Assembly: GCA_050084985.1 (NCBI GenBank)
Contig: JBITNC010000001.1
Location: forward strand, 94,302,001 to 94,366,000
Direction of reading: 5' to 3'
DNA from: Nageia nagi
Taxonomy: Eukaryota; Plantae; Pinophyta
Length of the DNA stretch: 64,000 bases
Shown here: positions 26,311-40,440 of the stretch, one piece after another
Layout: every line of letters starts with the position of its first letter
Position numbering within the stretch: the stretch's first letter is position 1
Position numbers and translations under genes: made by a program
Notes under the pieces: generated by a model
Seen by the model: only the letters and a program-made list of their open reading frames with translations
Databases searched by the model: none
Told to the model about the DNA's origin: nothing

Positions 26311-29300
26311 CCCAGGTAAGCCCAACCATGATTAGTGCTATCATCATTGCTCCAACCATCATTCTCCCCTAGCTTAGTAAGGAGTTGAGGAGTTGGCACA
26401 TCTTCCAATATAGGCACAATCCCCTAATTGTAATGTGGCTATGGGCAAGGGTCATCACCCCATCCCATCCTTGAAGGAGAAACACTTGATTGCACATCTT
26501 AACTTAACTACACATAGGAGGAGGAAGGAATAGTAGAGTGGGTTTGAAGGTGGATAGGACCAATGTTGAATAGGTGATGAAGGAGACTATCAAGATGGGG
26601 AACCCCAACTCTGAGGTTGAGTTCATCCACCCAAAATACCACACCATTGAGTCATTTGATGCTAAGGAGGTCAATCATGAGGGATCTAACTTGTCGAATA
26701 GGCAGCATTGGCCCAGTAGTCTAACATATTCTATAAGTGTTGAACCTCCAAATTTACTTTCTTCACTTGAGCAATAATCTGCAACCATGTATCATATAAT
26801 ATGGCATATTGATCAAAAAGGGAAACAACAAACAAAAGCTTCCTCTCTACCAAATATAATGCTATTTTTGCTCTTTCATAAATAAAGTAGAACAACAACA
26901 CAAAAGATGTACCACACTTCAAGTGAGGGTCTAAAAATGGCAAAGAATCACTTAAGAGAACATGAACCCAAGAACAAGGTGTAGCAAGGAATTGGTTAAA
27001 AAAAGACAAAATCCAATCCCAAACATCTTTAGATTTTGAACAAGACCAAAAAACATGGAGGAAATATTTAGTGGAATTACAAAAAATACAAGTAGGATTG
27101 GGTACCTCTAAGTAAACTCTATGAATTCCAATAGGTAAACCTTGGTGTAATAGACTCCAAGAAAAAAAACTATGCTTAGGTTCAATATAATATTTCCAAA
27201 CATTAGTGAAACATAGCTTCCATCTTGACTAAGATGAAAGAAGATCCCATATGTTATTCAAAACCTCAACCATGGGAACATGAGGTGAAAGCCAAGAATG
27301 ACCTAGGTGAGGTTTATACTTGAGCAAATGAACATTTTTAGGCCATACCCAATCTTCCCACCAATAAGGTTGAAATACCTTACCCAGTTAGACCCAAATC
27401 AAGAAAGGGGTATTATCAATCAAAAAATCAAAAGTTGACTTGGCACTAGGCTAGATCCCATGCAAGCATCTAAACTTATCTCAAGTATACTAGCTCTTGA
27501 TCTAAACATCATAAAGATCCTAGAAAGAGTCAATACCCTTTATGTGAAATCTTAAAGCATGAATCCATTGCACTTGTGCTAAATGTGTGCCATCGTAAGT
27601 AATGGTCGAGGACCACCACAAAATAAGGGAGGAATAAGAAGCTCTTGAGTCTCGACCATTTCCTTGCTAATGGAGCCAAGGCTTCCGAAGCCTTCCATAT
27701 GCTTTTGAAAAACAAAGAGCCAAATATCTTGAACTGAACAAGGGCAATGAGAATAGTTTGCAAATTTAATTCTTTCCATGTCCTTCCACCTAAGGGGAGG
27801 CTAGTAGAAAGGTAATAACTTATATGAATTTTCCATATCTTATTACCTTGTAAGGCTCACATAATCCACTTAGCATACAAGGTAAAACCTTAATGGTTAC
27901 AATTGAAAAGCCCCATGCCTCCATCTACCTTAGGGAGATAATAAATGTCCTAGGCAACTCTATGGAATCCTTTTTTTATTTTTATCTAAGGCCCAAATGA
28001 AATCTCTCAAAAGTATATCAATTTTTTTGATAGCAATTCTTTGAAGGAACCCAACAAGCTGAATAGTAAACATGAGTCAAATCTAACACCTTGGAGTAGA
28101 TCTAGAACTTCCTTGTTGAAGAAAGTTTCTTCATGGACCAATACTCCAACTTCTTCATCACTCTATGGATAACATCACTCCATAGCTGAGTAGGGGAGGT
28201 GTGAAAGGAAAAAGGGATCCTAAGAAACTTAAAGGTCTCACCTAGTTGGATCCACTTCTAAAGATAATGAGATAACCAAGTAGGAGTGTCTTTAGGAGAC
28301 TGTCTATAGCAAGAAGTCTTCTATCATTAAATACTATAACTTGAGGCCAGATAAAAGGTATGAAATCATTGCAAGGTAATAGAAACAAATTTCTCATCTT
28401 CTTGAAGGTTGAGGAAAGAATCATCAGTGGAATGACCATTGATGAGTTGATTCTAGGAATTAGGGAGAGAGATACCCTTAATATGGCCTTGAGATACATG
28501 GTGGGCTAACAAATAACTAAAAGCTTCAACTACCAACACAAAAAGAGAAGGGGCTAAAGGACACCCTGGAAAACAAAACAGGCTAGAGTTATAGCTTGAG
28601 ATTGAGACCAATTCATGGTAATAATAGCAGAAGAATCCTAGAAAAGCATTTGAATAGAGTGAAAAAATAAAGGATCAAACCCAAGAGCCTTCAATATGGT
28701 AAGAATGAAATTCCACTCAATCATATCATAAGCTTTTTCAAAATCATTAATAATAAGGCGTCTTGACCGGACTTATGATCCCATTCCATACATTCCTAAA
28801 CTGCAATAATATTGTCCAAGATAAACATGCCTTTAACAAATCCTATTTGCTATGACTAAATGATAAGAAGAATAATTGGCCAAAGCTTAAGAGTAATGGC
28901 TTTAGCAATGATCTTATATCCGACATTCAATAAGGTTATTGGCCTCCAATTAGTAATCACTTCAAGATCTCCAACTTTGGGTATGAACTTAATATTTCTT
29001 TTGTTAATGATTGCTCCCAGAGAACACAACAAAATGGTTTCTTTATACACATGAAGAATATTAGGCCCAACCATGTTCTAGAAGGTCTTGTAAATTCATA
29101 AGGGAAGCCATCAATACTAGGGGATTTATCATTAGCCATTTGAGCCAAAGTTGACTTAAGATCCTTAAGGGTGAGAAGAGAATCACAACACTCCCTCTGA
29201 GCTTAGGAGAGCTTGAGATGTGTGACACTACAACACTCATTCATAGCCTATTAGCGAGCATCACTAAAGGGTTGAGAGGCAAAAACACCCTGATAAAGAT

Positions 29301-31378
29301 TAATAAAGGTTTGAACAATATCAAGAAAGTGATTAATCTATCATCATTTACTTTCAAGGCCTTAAATTGAGTGGAATGAATAGGGGGATTGAGTCTTTTG
29401 AAAACCTCCTTGGTAACTCTATCACTAACTTTGAGCCATTTGAGCCTAGCTTTGAGCTGAACCCCTTTGGTTTCATAAAGATCACCTTTCCTTATCTCAT
29501 GATGAAGAGTAACAACCTAAGCTTGAATAGAGTAATTAAAGGGATTTTTCTCCATAACTTTAGAAGTTCTAATAAGCTTAGTTCTTAAAGCTGAATTGGA
29601 CTTATAGCATCGCTTAGCAAAATCAACTCCAAGAGTTCAAAGGACTTTGGTAGTTCTAGATATGGCACAATTCCACCAATGAATCCAACCTCTTTCCCCA
29701 GATGAATGAGGGATTAAGTTCTAGATTTGGTAAATATGGGACCTCATGGACTCAGAATCTAGAAAAGAAGTGTTTAAATACCACTAGGACTTAAAGATAT
29801 GAGTAGGGAGCTACTGAAGAAAATATGAGCATGATCAAATATAGTAGTACTATGAACAATAAAAATAAAGGGAAGAGCTAGATTATGATGGTCAAAATGA
29901 AAGCAATCACTTTTAGAGAGCATAACTATATCCAACCTTTTAATAACCCTCAAGTCATCACTTTGTAAATTAGACCAAGTAAACCATTACGCATCAGGAA
30001 AATCATTACAAGTAAAGTAGGAGTTAGGGTCATGTAAACTGAGCTTATTTTTAAAGGAAAACTAGGCTTCTCTTTCCCCTAGACACCATCGCATGGGGTT
30101 AAGGCCTTTCTTATCAACACATTTTTCTACCATATTGAAGTCTCCATAGACCATCCAAGTAGCAAAGGGCAAGGAGAGGGCAAGCCAATTCCATAAGGAC
30201 ATCTACTCATGAGCATTATTTGAAGCATAAATATTAACAATATAAAAAAGGATTTCCACACATCTCAAGACAAATCTAGATAGCTTTGTTAGAGGGGTCC
30301 ATGCCCCATAAAACAACATTAGAGTGCCAATTTAGGGAAATGAAAATGACAACACCCCAGATTCAACCTCATGATTGGTAGAGAAAGAGGGGCCACTCGC
30401 TTAGAGAAATTTGTAGGTACATTGAAGTAAAAACTCTAAAATATTGACTTCTTGCAAATAAACAAAGTCCACTTTACCAACAAAGAGACTAACATCGTTA
30501 ATCTCAATACAGACCATGTATTTACGAGATGGATCCATTAATCCCTTCATATTCCAAGAAAGATAATTCATTGAGACATGTCAAGGTTTTGAACTTCCAT
30601 GACATTCTCAATACTTCATAGAGCATGTAAGGCAAAAAAAGCATTACCTTGATGCACAACATCCACTCGATGATGTTTTTCAATAGGTGCCTTAGTACCA
30701 CTTCGATAGGGGCTTCAAGAGTGCCTAGCACATGTGGTAGAGGAAACCTCTCCTAGTCATGCAAAAGGTGGTATAAAAGCAACAAATAGATACAAGGGGC
30801 CAGACCGCATAAAAAACTTGAGGACACTTAGAACATATTCAACTTGAGTTAATTAAGGAACAAAGGGACCTTACAATTTGACATGTATGCTTTGAGCAAT
30901 GGGACACATTTAAACAAGGTGAATTATGGGGCTATGGTTGAGCTACAGGAACATGTAGGTTTGACATGGACCCATGAGAGGCATTGTTACAGTTCTAACA
31001 ATTATTGATAGGGATCCATTCATTTTCCCTAGTAGTAGGAGCTGGTGTGAGGGCATTCATCATGGGATCAATCAGTAGGGTCGGGTCCCTCCATAAGAGG
31101 ACACTCCCTAATCTTATGGTGAGGTGATTAACATCAAAAATAGGTATCAAAGAGACCAATGTACTGGACCTTCTAGAGAATCAACTCATTATCAATGATA
31201 ATCTTAACTTCATATGGCCTATCTTTAGTGAGGTTGAGCTTAACATAGACCTACCAAGTAGGCTGAGCCATAAAAAACCTTTTTGGTTCAAAGCAAACAA
31301 AGGACCCTATTTGCTCATCACAAGCTCTCAAAAACTCTAGAAGGTATAGGGCAAGTTTGGAAATTCAATCCAGACTGA
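26311..31378 (-). mobile_element. L1-clade LINE, decayed (ORF2 EN-RT-zf-RVT and 3' part of ORF1)
   Basis: RT motifs NDKSPSIDGFPYEF and NWRPITLLNVGYKIIAK; AP-endonuclease remnants at ~29750-30500; zf-RVT-like region at ~27000-27200; ORF1 DUF4283-type VWIEFPNLP at ~31350. Confidence 0.85.
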
Positions 31379-32995
31379 TGAAGGAATTAACATTAACAAT
31401 ATAATTTCTAAACTAACAAGATCACATGAAATCTCATAATTACATCCAACAATACACAAAGCAATCTCACAACATAAGATATAAAGTGGTTTCTCCAACT
31501 AGGATTACATCCACTAACTAGATCTTTACTTCTCTCACAAATACAACTCTCTTACAATTCTCCTAATCTCAACTCCTACACTTTTATCCTATAGCATATC
31601 CTTACTTCTCAATTGGTGTATCATTACAAAGAGGGAGCCTTCTATTTATAGGCCAAAATCCCTTCTTGGATGACCTCAGCATGACATGCACATCTTTGAC
31701 CAAAGGGGCATGCTTATGACTTGGAGTGTAGGACAAGTTACATTATTATATTCACTGAAATACTTAAGGTATAAAATAATACTCTTAAGTATTAGTGAAG
31801 TTACATAGAAGATTTAATACATCTATTTACAATAATGCATTATACATTCCAACACTCCCCCTTCATGCAATATTGGGATAGAGTGAGTAAGAGAAGAAGA
31901 AGAGAAAATAAGAGAGTTCTCCTCCAAATAGATACAACAAAGATAAGAACTTTTTACATATTTGTGTAGGAAGAAAGATCTAGTTTGAGACTCACTACTT
32001 TACCAAATACAATTATTAACCACAACCAGTTTCAATGTACATGAAGTATTCATCCAACTAGAAGTCTAAAGAGTCTCGAAGAGCCTACACACTTGAGGTA
32101 AGCAACTTGCAATCTCAAAGGAACCTGCAAGTCATAAGTAGCTCAAATAATAAGATTAGTTAGATGCATCATATTCATATCAACAAGGATAGATGAACCT
32201 ATCCATACACTGATCATAATAAAGTATCATAAATGCACAACAACAAGGATGACATAAATCATCAAGTATGATATCTAGGAATATCACTTGTGCATATATC
32301 AAGACATGTGCACTAGTGTATTTGTTTTCTATGAGTGTCATCATAACAATACAACCAACCAGAAAATCTCCCCCCTTGATGACAACTTCATCAAGCAAAT
32401 ACATATAGATCATGCCATGAAGAAATAACAACGTGCCTAAGAGTGACACCAAGAGTTACAGGCAAAACAAATATCATAAGGCACAAAATGCCATCTTAAG
32501 TACCACATTAAGATGTAGAAAGCCACAAAGTGCCATACACTAGACTTTACCAAGAGTGAGTTAAGAGGCCACAACAAATAAACTTGACTTTACTAAGAGT
32601 GAGCCAAGTAGAAGTCCAACTTAACCATGCTACTAGTTAAGAGGACAATGATGAAATTGGTAGCATGAATCAATCGAAAGGATACAAATATCATCAACCA
32701 TATGTAAAGAATCCATCATCATGGATCAAGCTTCCATCATCATGGAAGAAGAAAAAAATGTGGCCACTAGTTTACAATAAGCCATCATGGAGATGCCAAC
32801 CAATGCTTATAGTCACCAACTTGGATGTATGTTGCATTATAAGTCATCGCAAAGATGCCAAGCCAATACTTATAGTTAACAAATATGTGGATTTTATGGT
32901 GCACTATAAGTCATCATAGAGGATGCTAAGCTAATACTTACAGTCACTTGCTGTATATAAAATATGTGTTGATTATTAGTGCAAAATAGAGCATG

Positions 32996-33410
32996 CACAT
33001 AAGAGTTCCTCACATGCAGATAACTGAATAGTGCCAAACGACACATAAGAGTTTCTCTCACATGGATAACTAAATAGTGCAAAAGTGATCACAAATAGAG
33101 TATGCACATAAGAGTTCCTCACATATGGATAACTGAACAGTGTCAATAGACACATAAAAGTTCCTCACATATGGATAACTGAATAATGTAAAATTGATCA
33201 CAAATAGAGTATGCACATAAGAGTTCCTCACATATGGATAACTAAACAGTGCTAAGAGACATATAAGAGTTCTTCACATATGGATAACTGAACAGTGCAA
33301 AATTGATCACAAATAGAGTATACACATAAGAGTTCCTCATATATGGATAACTAAATAGTGCCAAGAGACACATAAGAGTTCCTCACATATGGATAACTGA
33401 ACAATACAAA
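32996..33410. repeat. Higher-order tandem repeat: 38-bp core x8 in alternating 46/63-bp units (109-bp dimer)
   Basis: Core CACATAAGAGTTCCTCACATATGGATAACTGAAYAGTG starts at 32996, 33042, 33105, 33151, 33214, 33260, 33323 and 33369. Confidence 0.9.
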
Positions 33411-33419
33411 ATTGGTCAA

Positions 33420-33850
33420 TGTGTATACCAAGTTCCTTATGTAGAGCGAACTTACCATGAAGGTTTATAATTAACTCCATTTTTACAAGTTCCTCACATA
33501 GAGTGAACTGATCATGAAGGTATACAACAAAATCAACTCTATTTGAATAACAAGTTCCTCACACAGAGCGAACTTACCATGAAGGTAGATAATAAAATCA
33601 ACACTATACAACACATAGTCAATGAAAGATGCATGTAACAATGCCATCAAAAAAGATTCATGTAACAATGCCATCAACAAAAGATGCATGTAACAATGCC
33701 ATCAATACAAGACTTGGATTTAGAGAGTGGCCAAGTTGTACAATAAGTTCCTCATGCAGAGCGAATGTACCAAGAATGTGTACAACAAAATCAACAAAAG
33801 ATGCATGTAGCAATGCCATCAATAAGAGACTTGGATTCAATAATGTAATA
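33420..33850. repeat. Additional degenerate tandem repeats (AGTTCCTCAC..GAGCGAACTTACCATGAAGG; GATGCATGTAACAATGCCATCAA)
   Basis: Three to four visible copies of each motif. Confidence 0.7.
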
Positions 33851-36800
33851 TAATCCATTAAAAAATGGATCCACCTTCCCAACATGGAAGTAACAACAAA
33901 AAGTACATGAATAGAGCTATAGGTGTTTCATCAAGAACAAGTCTGCATATATATTACAATATCTAATAAGGAATTCAATAAGAATTCAACCAATACCCCC
34001 CTAGAGGGATATGTCACCAACCCTACTTTAGAACAAAGCTTGGTGAATAAAGGACACATGGTTTTGGTGTAGGAATGTCCATTTCATACCAGAGTGGTTG
34101 AGTGCTAAGATTGTGGGTCAACTTTAGTAGGACCCACAAAAGGTTGAGATGCTATATCCTTTGGAATGTGAATACCAAAGTGTCAAAGGATAGCCTTATA
34201 CTAGAAAGCCCTTTATTTCCACTTTTTATTTAATTATTACATTCCATAGCAGCTATAGTTTGCATTGCCCCTAAGGTGTGTCTCAACCTCTTTGGCTTGT
34301 AATTGCCATATATTTTTCTCAGCTAGTAGTTTATTGTGCTCAGCTAAGAGTTCATGGTACTGTTGTATACATACAAGTTTCTCTTGTTGTAGCATATCAT
34401 AATGGTGGCCCATTATTTCCATCTTGACCTTGGTTGTAGCTAATTCATGGCAAAGGTAGGCATTCTCTAAGTTTGCCCATATGTTTATTTCTGTATCATA
34501 ACTTATGGAAGAACTTTCCATGTGTGCAATAAAATTCTCTATGAGAGTCATGATGATCAACCTATCATTCATGAATAAACTACCCAATTTAATAGTCAAG
34601 AAGAGAGATAAAAATAGCACACTGATGACTTTATCATTACACAGCTTAGTGGTACTATCATTATTACTGTCTTGACATAACATGATGCGTATAACTTCAC
34701 TTAAATAAATGAGTGGTAGGTGAGATATTTTATCATCGCAAATCTTTTTCTCTAGTTGGCATAATTATTATAATTTGAATATATCAAATCATATGCATTA
34801 TAAATAGTTGTAAATGACCTTTGCTTATCATTCAACACTTTGCAATTATGATTTGAGCTATTATTGATCATGGATGTGTCTTAGTTTTGAGCCCTACTGA
34901 GCAATATTTAGGACAACATAGTGCATTGTAGTGTTCATGCAACTTTAGAAAATCATGCTTTGATTGTGTCTGAGGTTTTATTGCAACAACAACTAATATT
35001 TATATGATTGTACCCAAATGATCATTATAGGATTTACATGATTCTTCAAGTCAATCATGAGGATCATGTCCATCGATTATTTCATTTGCTTAGTAGGCCT
35101 GATTAGACATGGTGTATAATGGTTTATACCCCATTCAATCACTATCTATTGCAATTTGTACACTATATTGGACTGCCATGCCTACATCCATAAGAGCATT
35201 TCAAACCACTCACTTTTGCATGGTTAATTTTTCATCATGGGCTTTAATGGTCATCCATGTACTCTTTTCGTATTGCTTGGTTAGGTGAACATTGTATTTT
35301 GTGCCATCAATTTTCATTACTTATTACTTTTTGCCTCTTTCTCATCAATATTTTTAGGATTAGATACATTCGACTCTAGCATATCTGAAGATGATGCTAG
35401 TACTTCAGATTCTGGTGACCATGTATTAGACTAGCATTAATCAAGCCGTAAGTGCGACCCACTTGGGTTTGTTAGTGGGAATCTTTTCTAACATTTTAAT
35501 AAAGTAAAATACAAGGTCACATTATTTATTATGTTTGTACTTGATCCATTTGGATGTTCCAATTGATGATTATGATCTAATTAGTTTTTAATTCTATAAA
35601 TTCATTATATACTAATTAATCATCATCATTTTCACTTATGTATGAAACCTTTAAAGAGAGCTAACTCACTTTGTTAATCATCATGGATATGACCATTTTC
35701 CAAGGTTTGCATGTTGATATTCCCTAAGACATTCTTTATCGATGTATTCAAGGTCAAGTCTTTCAATGTGCTTACATTGTGTTGCAATTAAGATGCAACA
35801 AAACTTGGTTCGCATATAAAGAGATCAAAGTCTTCATCGATGGGCCATCTACTTTATCCATCACTCTAAGGATGTTGAGCAGTTGCACCTCATACTCACT
35901 CTTGTTTATCATCTGAATTGGACATGGAAGATTGTTCTTTATTATTTGTGGACACCTTTTGTCTTCCATTTTTTGCACTATGTAGGTCCTTCAAGGTTGC
36001 ATCCTCATCAGGACTATCACCCTTATACTATTGCACTTACAATATGGCAACGAGATCTTCATTAAGAGTCCACTTTTATGTCATGACTAATGCAAGAAGG
36101 GGATCAATGGGTGTACTACCCATTTTTCAACATCAAGGGTCATTTTACCTCGATTACTCATGATGCATTATTCCATATTCCTAGTTCTCCTATTACAAAT
36201 CCTGAGAGTTCTAACTCTAACTCTCTTGATCATGATTCTTCTTAGTTTAGCTATCCACTCGATCATGTGAGTGGAACTTTTCAAAAATATTAAATCATTC
36301 ATTTGATAAAGTTATAAGTTCTCAAGATAAGTTGTAAATACAATAATTTTAATTTAAAGACATCGTAAACAATGATGCATAATAATAGAATAATGATAGT
36401 AAATATGAATGAACAAACCTAGTGCTTGTAGAACAAATCACCATAGCAAAACATAAAAATAACATTATTGAATATAGAGTGACTTTATTAAGGCTTGTTA
36501 TGTTATCTAAAAGTAGGCCTTCACCTGGATGCCCACACAAGGGGAGCCCAGGTCCTACCAATCCTCAACCAATTCCCCTTGGGTAGCAATATACTCTCAC
36601 AAGGATATGTACTAGCTATTTTTTAAGGTTTTAATTTTTATTGGATCGAACAAATTATTAATCTTGATTAGGTTTCAAGTTATCCTTCTAGGTTATCAGG
36701 ATAATCCCTAAATGGACATGCGGATATGTGGTATCACTACACACATACCTATCCACCTATTGAAGTTAAATCTAGACCAATAGAGGACTTAGGGGCAATT

Positions 36801-38794
36801 AAGTAGTATAGAATTTTCACCACTTGGATCATAAGATTTAAAGGCTCCAATCTGCCTGTCTTCACCTCATGGCTCCCCAAACAAGTCATGTTGTAGAAAG
36901 TACGTGTGGATGTATTCATTTTAGGGGGTTGCTCATATCAATGTTTGCATTTTTGTTACATAAGCAAGTAAATCAAAAATAGAAAATATGAAATAAAACA
37001 CATCATTCATTCAAAAAAACTTGAAACATAAGTGTCCAATGGGTTTTGTTCACAACCCCTAAGGGACATCGTTACATCATCTCTTAATTTGGCACAAGTC
37101 CATTACCTTTGCATAAGGGCATACATCAATCCCATAAGTATAAGTATGCATCATTAACTTAAAAAAGTATGCATTAATCAAAAAATTAAGCATGCATTGT
37201 TGCCTCATAAGAATTAAAATTGAAGAGGCATAATTAAGCATTTTGAAGTCATAAGTATGCATACAAATTTCAAGGCGTAAGCATGATTCTCCAAAAAAAA
37301 TTTAATTCTTAAGCATGTATTGTTGACTTAAAAATATTTAAGCTAAATTTGAAGTCCTTAAGCCTTGAGCAACAAAAAACTTAAACATGAAGTCCTTAAG
37401 GATCTAAACATTTAAATAAACTATTCCTTCTTAATGCATCAATCAATAAAATTAAATAAACTATTCCTCCTTAATGCATTAAAAATACTCCCCCTTAATA
37501 CATTAAAGAAAATACTCCCCATAAAAATAAGATTTCCCTTTTTACTTAAAAAATGAGATCCTTGAAAAAGAATAGGTGAAAAACCAAAGGCAACGTGGAG
37601 GTAGGTGGCCATTGAATAATAAAAGGAATGGTGGCAGGCAAGATGGAAAAATAGGACATAAATAGGTAGGCATGGAAAAACCAAAAAAAATTGGGAGCGA
37701 CTTGGCGATTGGGTCCATGATCTAGCTAGTGGGTCAAACGTGATGGCACTGCGTAAACAAAAAAGGACAGATAGAACGTGTTAAGCCTAGGATGAATGAG
37801 TCCACCTTTACGTGCATGCTTCTATTGATTGCATCCTAAGCGAGGCGTTAAGACTTGGATGGATGATTCCATTATGAGGAGGCATTTTGTTAAACAAGTC
37901 ACTATCCATTGTATCCATTTTGTGCATAGCCCATAATCAATACAACCATGAAATCATGTTCACATCATTCATCATGCCAAACAATGATCAAGATTTGGTT
38001 AATCATCCATAATTTGCATGCATGGCGATCAGGGCATTCACAACCCCAACATGTGACAAACATTTGCGAGCAGGACATACATGGTTATCTGGGCATTCAT
38101 GGTGGTATTACTATCTAGGATGAGGGGCCAACATTAGGGCCTCCACTCTATAGTGCTCCTCATCATGCAAAGAAGAGGAGCAGAATGTTAGGTTTGATGA
38201 AACCCAAGGATTGCTATGAGAGAACCTATGTGAGCTAATCTAGATGCTGGATGCAAACTCATTTATGGCTGATGCAATCAACAATTACCTATAGGAGAAT
38301 GCAGACTCGTTCAAGGTTGACGTGAATACTATGGATACAAGAGAATGCAAACTCATTCAAGGAAGGGGCAGGCGATTCTAAAATAAATTGGACAAACAAA
38401 ACGAGGTGAGCAAGTGCAAAGAGAAGGGGTCCTGGTACAAAACCAAAAAATAAAAATTCTCCTTCCTACAAATCTATTAGGGATAACATCTACAAACAAC
38501 ATGCAAAAGGTAGTGAAGGAGGCATGCAATGTGGAAAGGGTAACGCTCAATGGAGAACATTTTCAAACAAGTTCAAGAGAGTATGTAGAGGCCACGTTGG
38601 TGCGATATGAGAGTCGGAGAAGAGAGGTAGAATTATGAACCTTCATGGCTACTATCACGCCTAGATGGTGGATTGGGCTAAGTGGGAAGAGAGGTGATGG
38701 ATATGAAGGCTGCGAGGGTTGACCAAGGGGAGATCACTGTCACCAAAACAAAGTATATTTTGTTTATGTATAAATAAAACCAACAATTAGATTG

Positions 38795-38995
38795 TCACCC
38801 ATACAATACTGCAAATCTTTTATAATATTTGTTATACAATAATTAGTCCTTACATCAAATATTCCTCTTGTTGGAAGGTCACATTCTAACTATAAAACAT
38901 ACAATACTGCAAATTTTTTATAATATTTGTTATAAAACATACAACAATTAGTCCTTATAACAAATATGTGTTTTAAATAAATAATTAGTCCTTAC
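38795..38995. repeat. Short tandem duplication in the LARD leader
   Basis: CATACAATACTGCAAAT..TATAATATTTGTTATA occurs twice and AATTAGTCCTTA three times. Confidence 0.6.
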
Positions 38996-39861
38996 ACCAT
39001 CTTGTCATATCATTTTTTTATATATAATTTAATTTGCAAAAAATATATTGTTATAAAATATTTGCATGTAAATTTGAAGGAAAAAAAAGATAGATACAAA
39101 AAATTTTTACTCAACTTTTGATAATCAAAAGCCATAAAAAATAATGAAATATTGCAAGAATTATAGCAATATGATAAGAAACTAACAATAATATATGTTA
39201 GTATGCAACAAAAATATCTTGCTATGTTAAGTAAATCAAGATTGAAAGAAGTAAGATTATACCTTGAATCACTTTTACCTCTCAATGGAGTAAAAGATAA
39301 AGAATGAATACCTCCAAGATGAAGATGTAAAGCCTCAACTTCAAGGATGTGAAGAGGGGCCTTCAAGCATGCTCTGATACCAATTTGAAGAAATTAACAT
39401 TAACAATATAATTCCTAAACTACCAAGATCACATGAAAGCTCACAATTACATCCAACAATACACAAAGTAATCTCACAACACAAGATATAAAGTGGTTCC
39501 TCCAACTAGGAGTACATCCACTAACTAGATCTTTACTTCTCTCACAAATACAACTCTCTTACAATTCTCCTAATCTCAACTCCTACACTTCTATCCTATA
39601 GCACATCCTTAGTCCTCAATTAATGTATCATTACAAAGATGGAGCCTTCTATTTATAAGCCAAAATCCCTCTTTGGATGACCTCAGCATGACATGCACAT
39701 CTTTGAACGAAGGGGCATGCTCATGACTTAGAGTGTAGGACAAGTTACATTATTATATTCACTAAAATACTTAAGGTATCAAATAATACCCTTAAGTATT
39801 AGTGAATTTACATGGAATATTTAATACATCTATTTACAATAATGCATTATACATTCCAACA

Positions 39862-40440
39862 ACTGAGACTTCTAGGGAGGAACTACATTCCATGAAAAAT
39901 GAGCTGGAATACGATTGCAACATAAGGAGGGATGCTTGGACCATCCAAGGTCCTTTGGACAAGATTTTCTTAACATGCATGGGATCAAAAAATTGAAATA
40001 AAAAATACCTTTTGTCAAGTTCTGGACATTTTCAACTTTAAACCCATAAGGGCCCCAAACCTGGGAAATCCATTGATGCAAGATAGTATCATTAGGAATC
40101 TTACCAAGAAAATAACCAATTAGGTGGTTCATTTCGAACCATTTGCAGGACTTTTTAAAATCTTGAACATGAATGTAAACTTTGGGGACATGGGAATTGC
40201 CTCACTCTCCACCTTCGGAAGGAACTTCCGTGGCTTATTCCTAGGCATCATCTTACATGGTAGTCAATTCACTATGAGGTAAATCAAGGGAATGAGACTC
40301 AAACATACTTAACCTAGATGGGTTAACCACCCAAGGCAGTGAAATTACAAGGAGATCAATACAGGTAATTACTTCATTAGACGCAATCAAGCATACTAGC
40401 GATTTGACACATAAAACGAGGAAACCCTAGTGCATGCGAA
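39862..40440 (-). mobile_element. 5' part (ORF1, DUF4283-like) of the same L1 LINE
   Basis: HLIGYFLGKIP..LHQWISQVW..VQNLTKGIFYF. The reading frame LEVSVWIEFPNLP is restored across the ACTGA TSD of the 31379-39861 insertion. Confidence 0.85.

Larger units (their letters stand above)
31379..39861 (-). mobile_element. Large non-autonomous (LARD-like) family A LTR element lacking recognisable gag-pol
   Basis: 476-bp LTRs 31379-31854 and 39386-39861 (roughly 93% identical, estimated from the first ~130 bp), PPT at 31855, PBS GCTCTGATACCA at 39371-39382, TSD ACTGA. The leader 36470-37130 is homologous to 6590-7260. Confidence 0.9.

Noticed and set aside
32996-33410. CRISPR-like repeat-spacer appearance
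   Set aside because: The linkers are two recurring sequences rather than unique spacers; no cas genes; it lies inside a plant LTR element.
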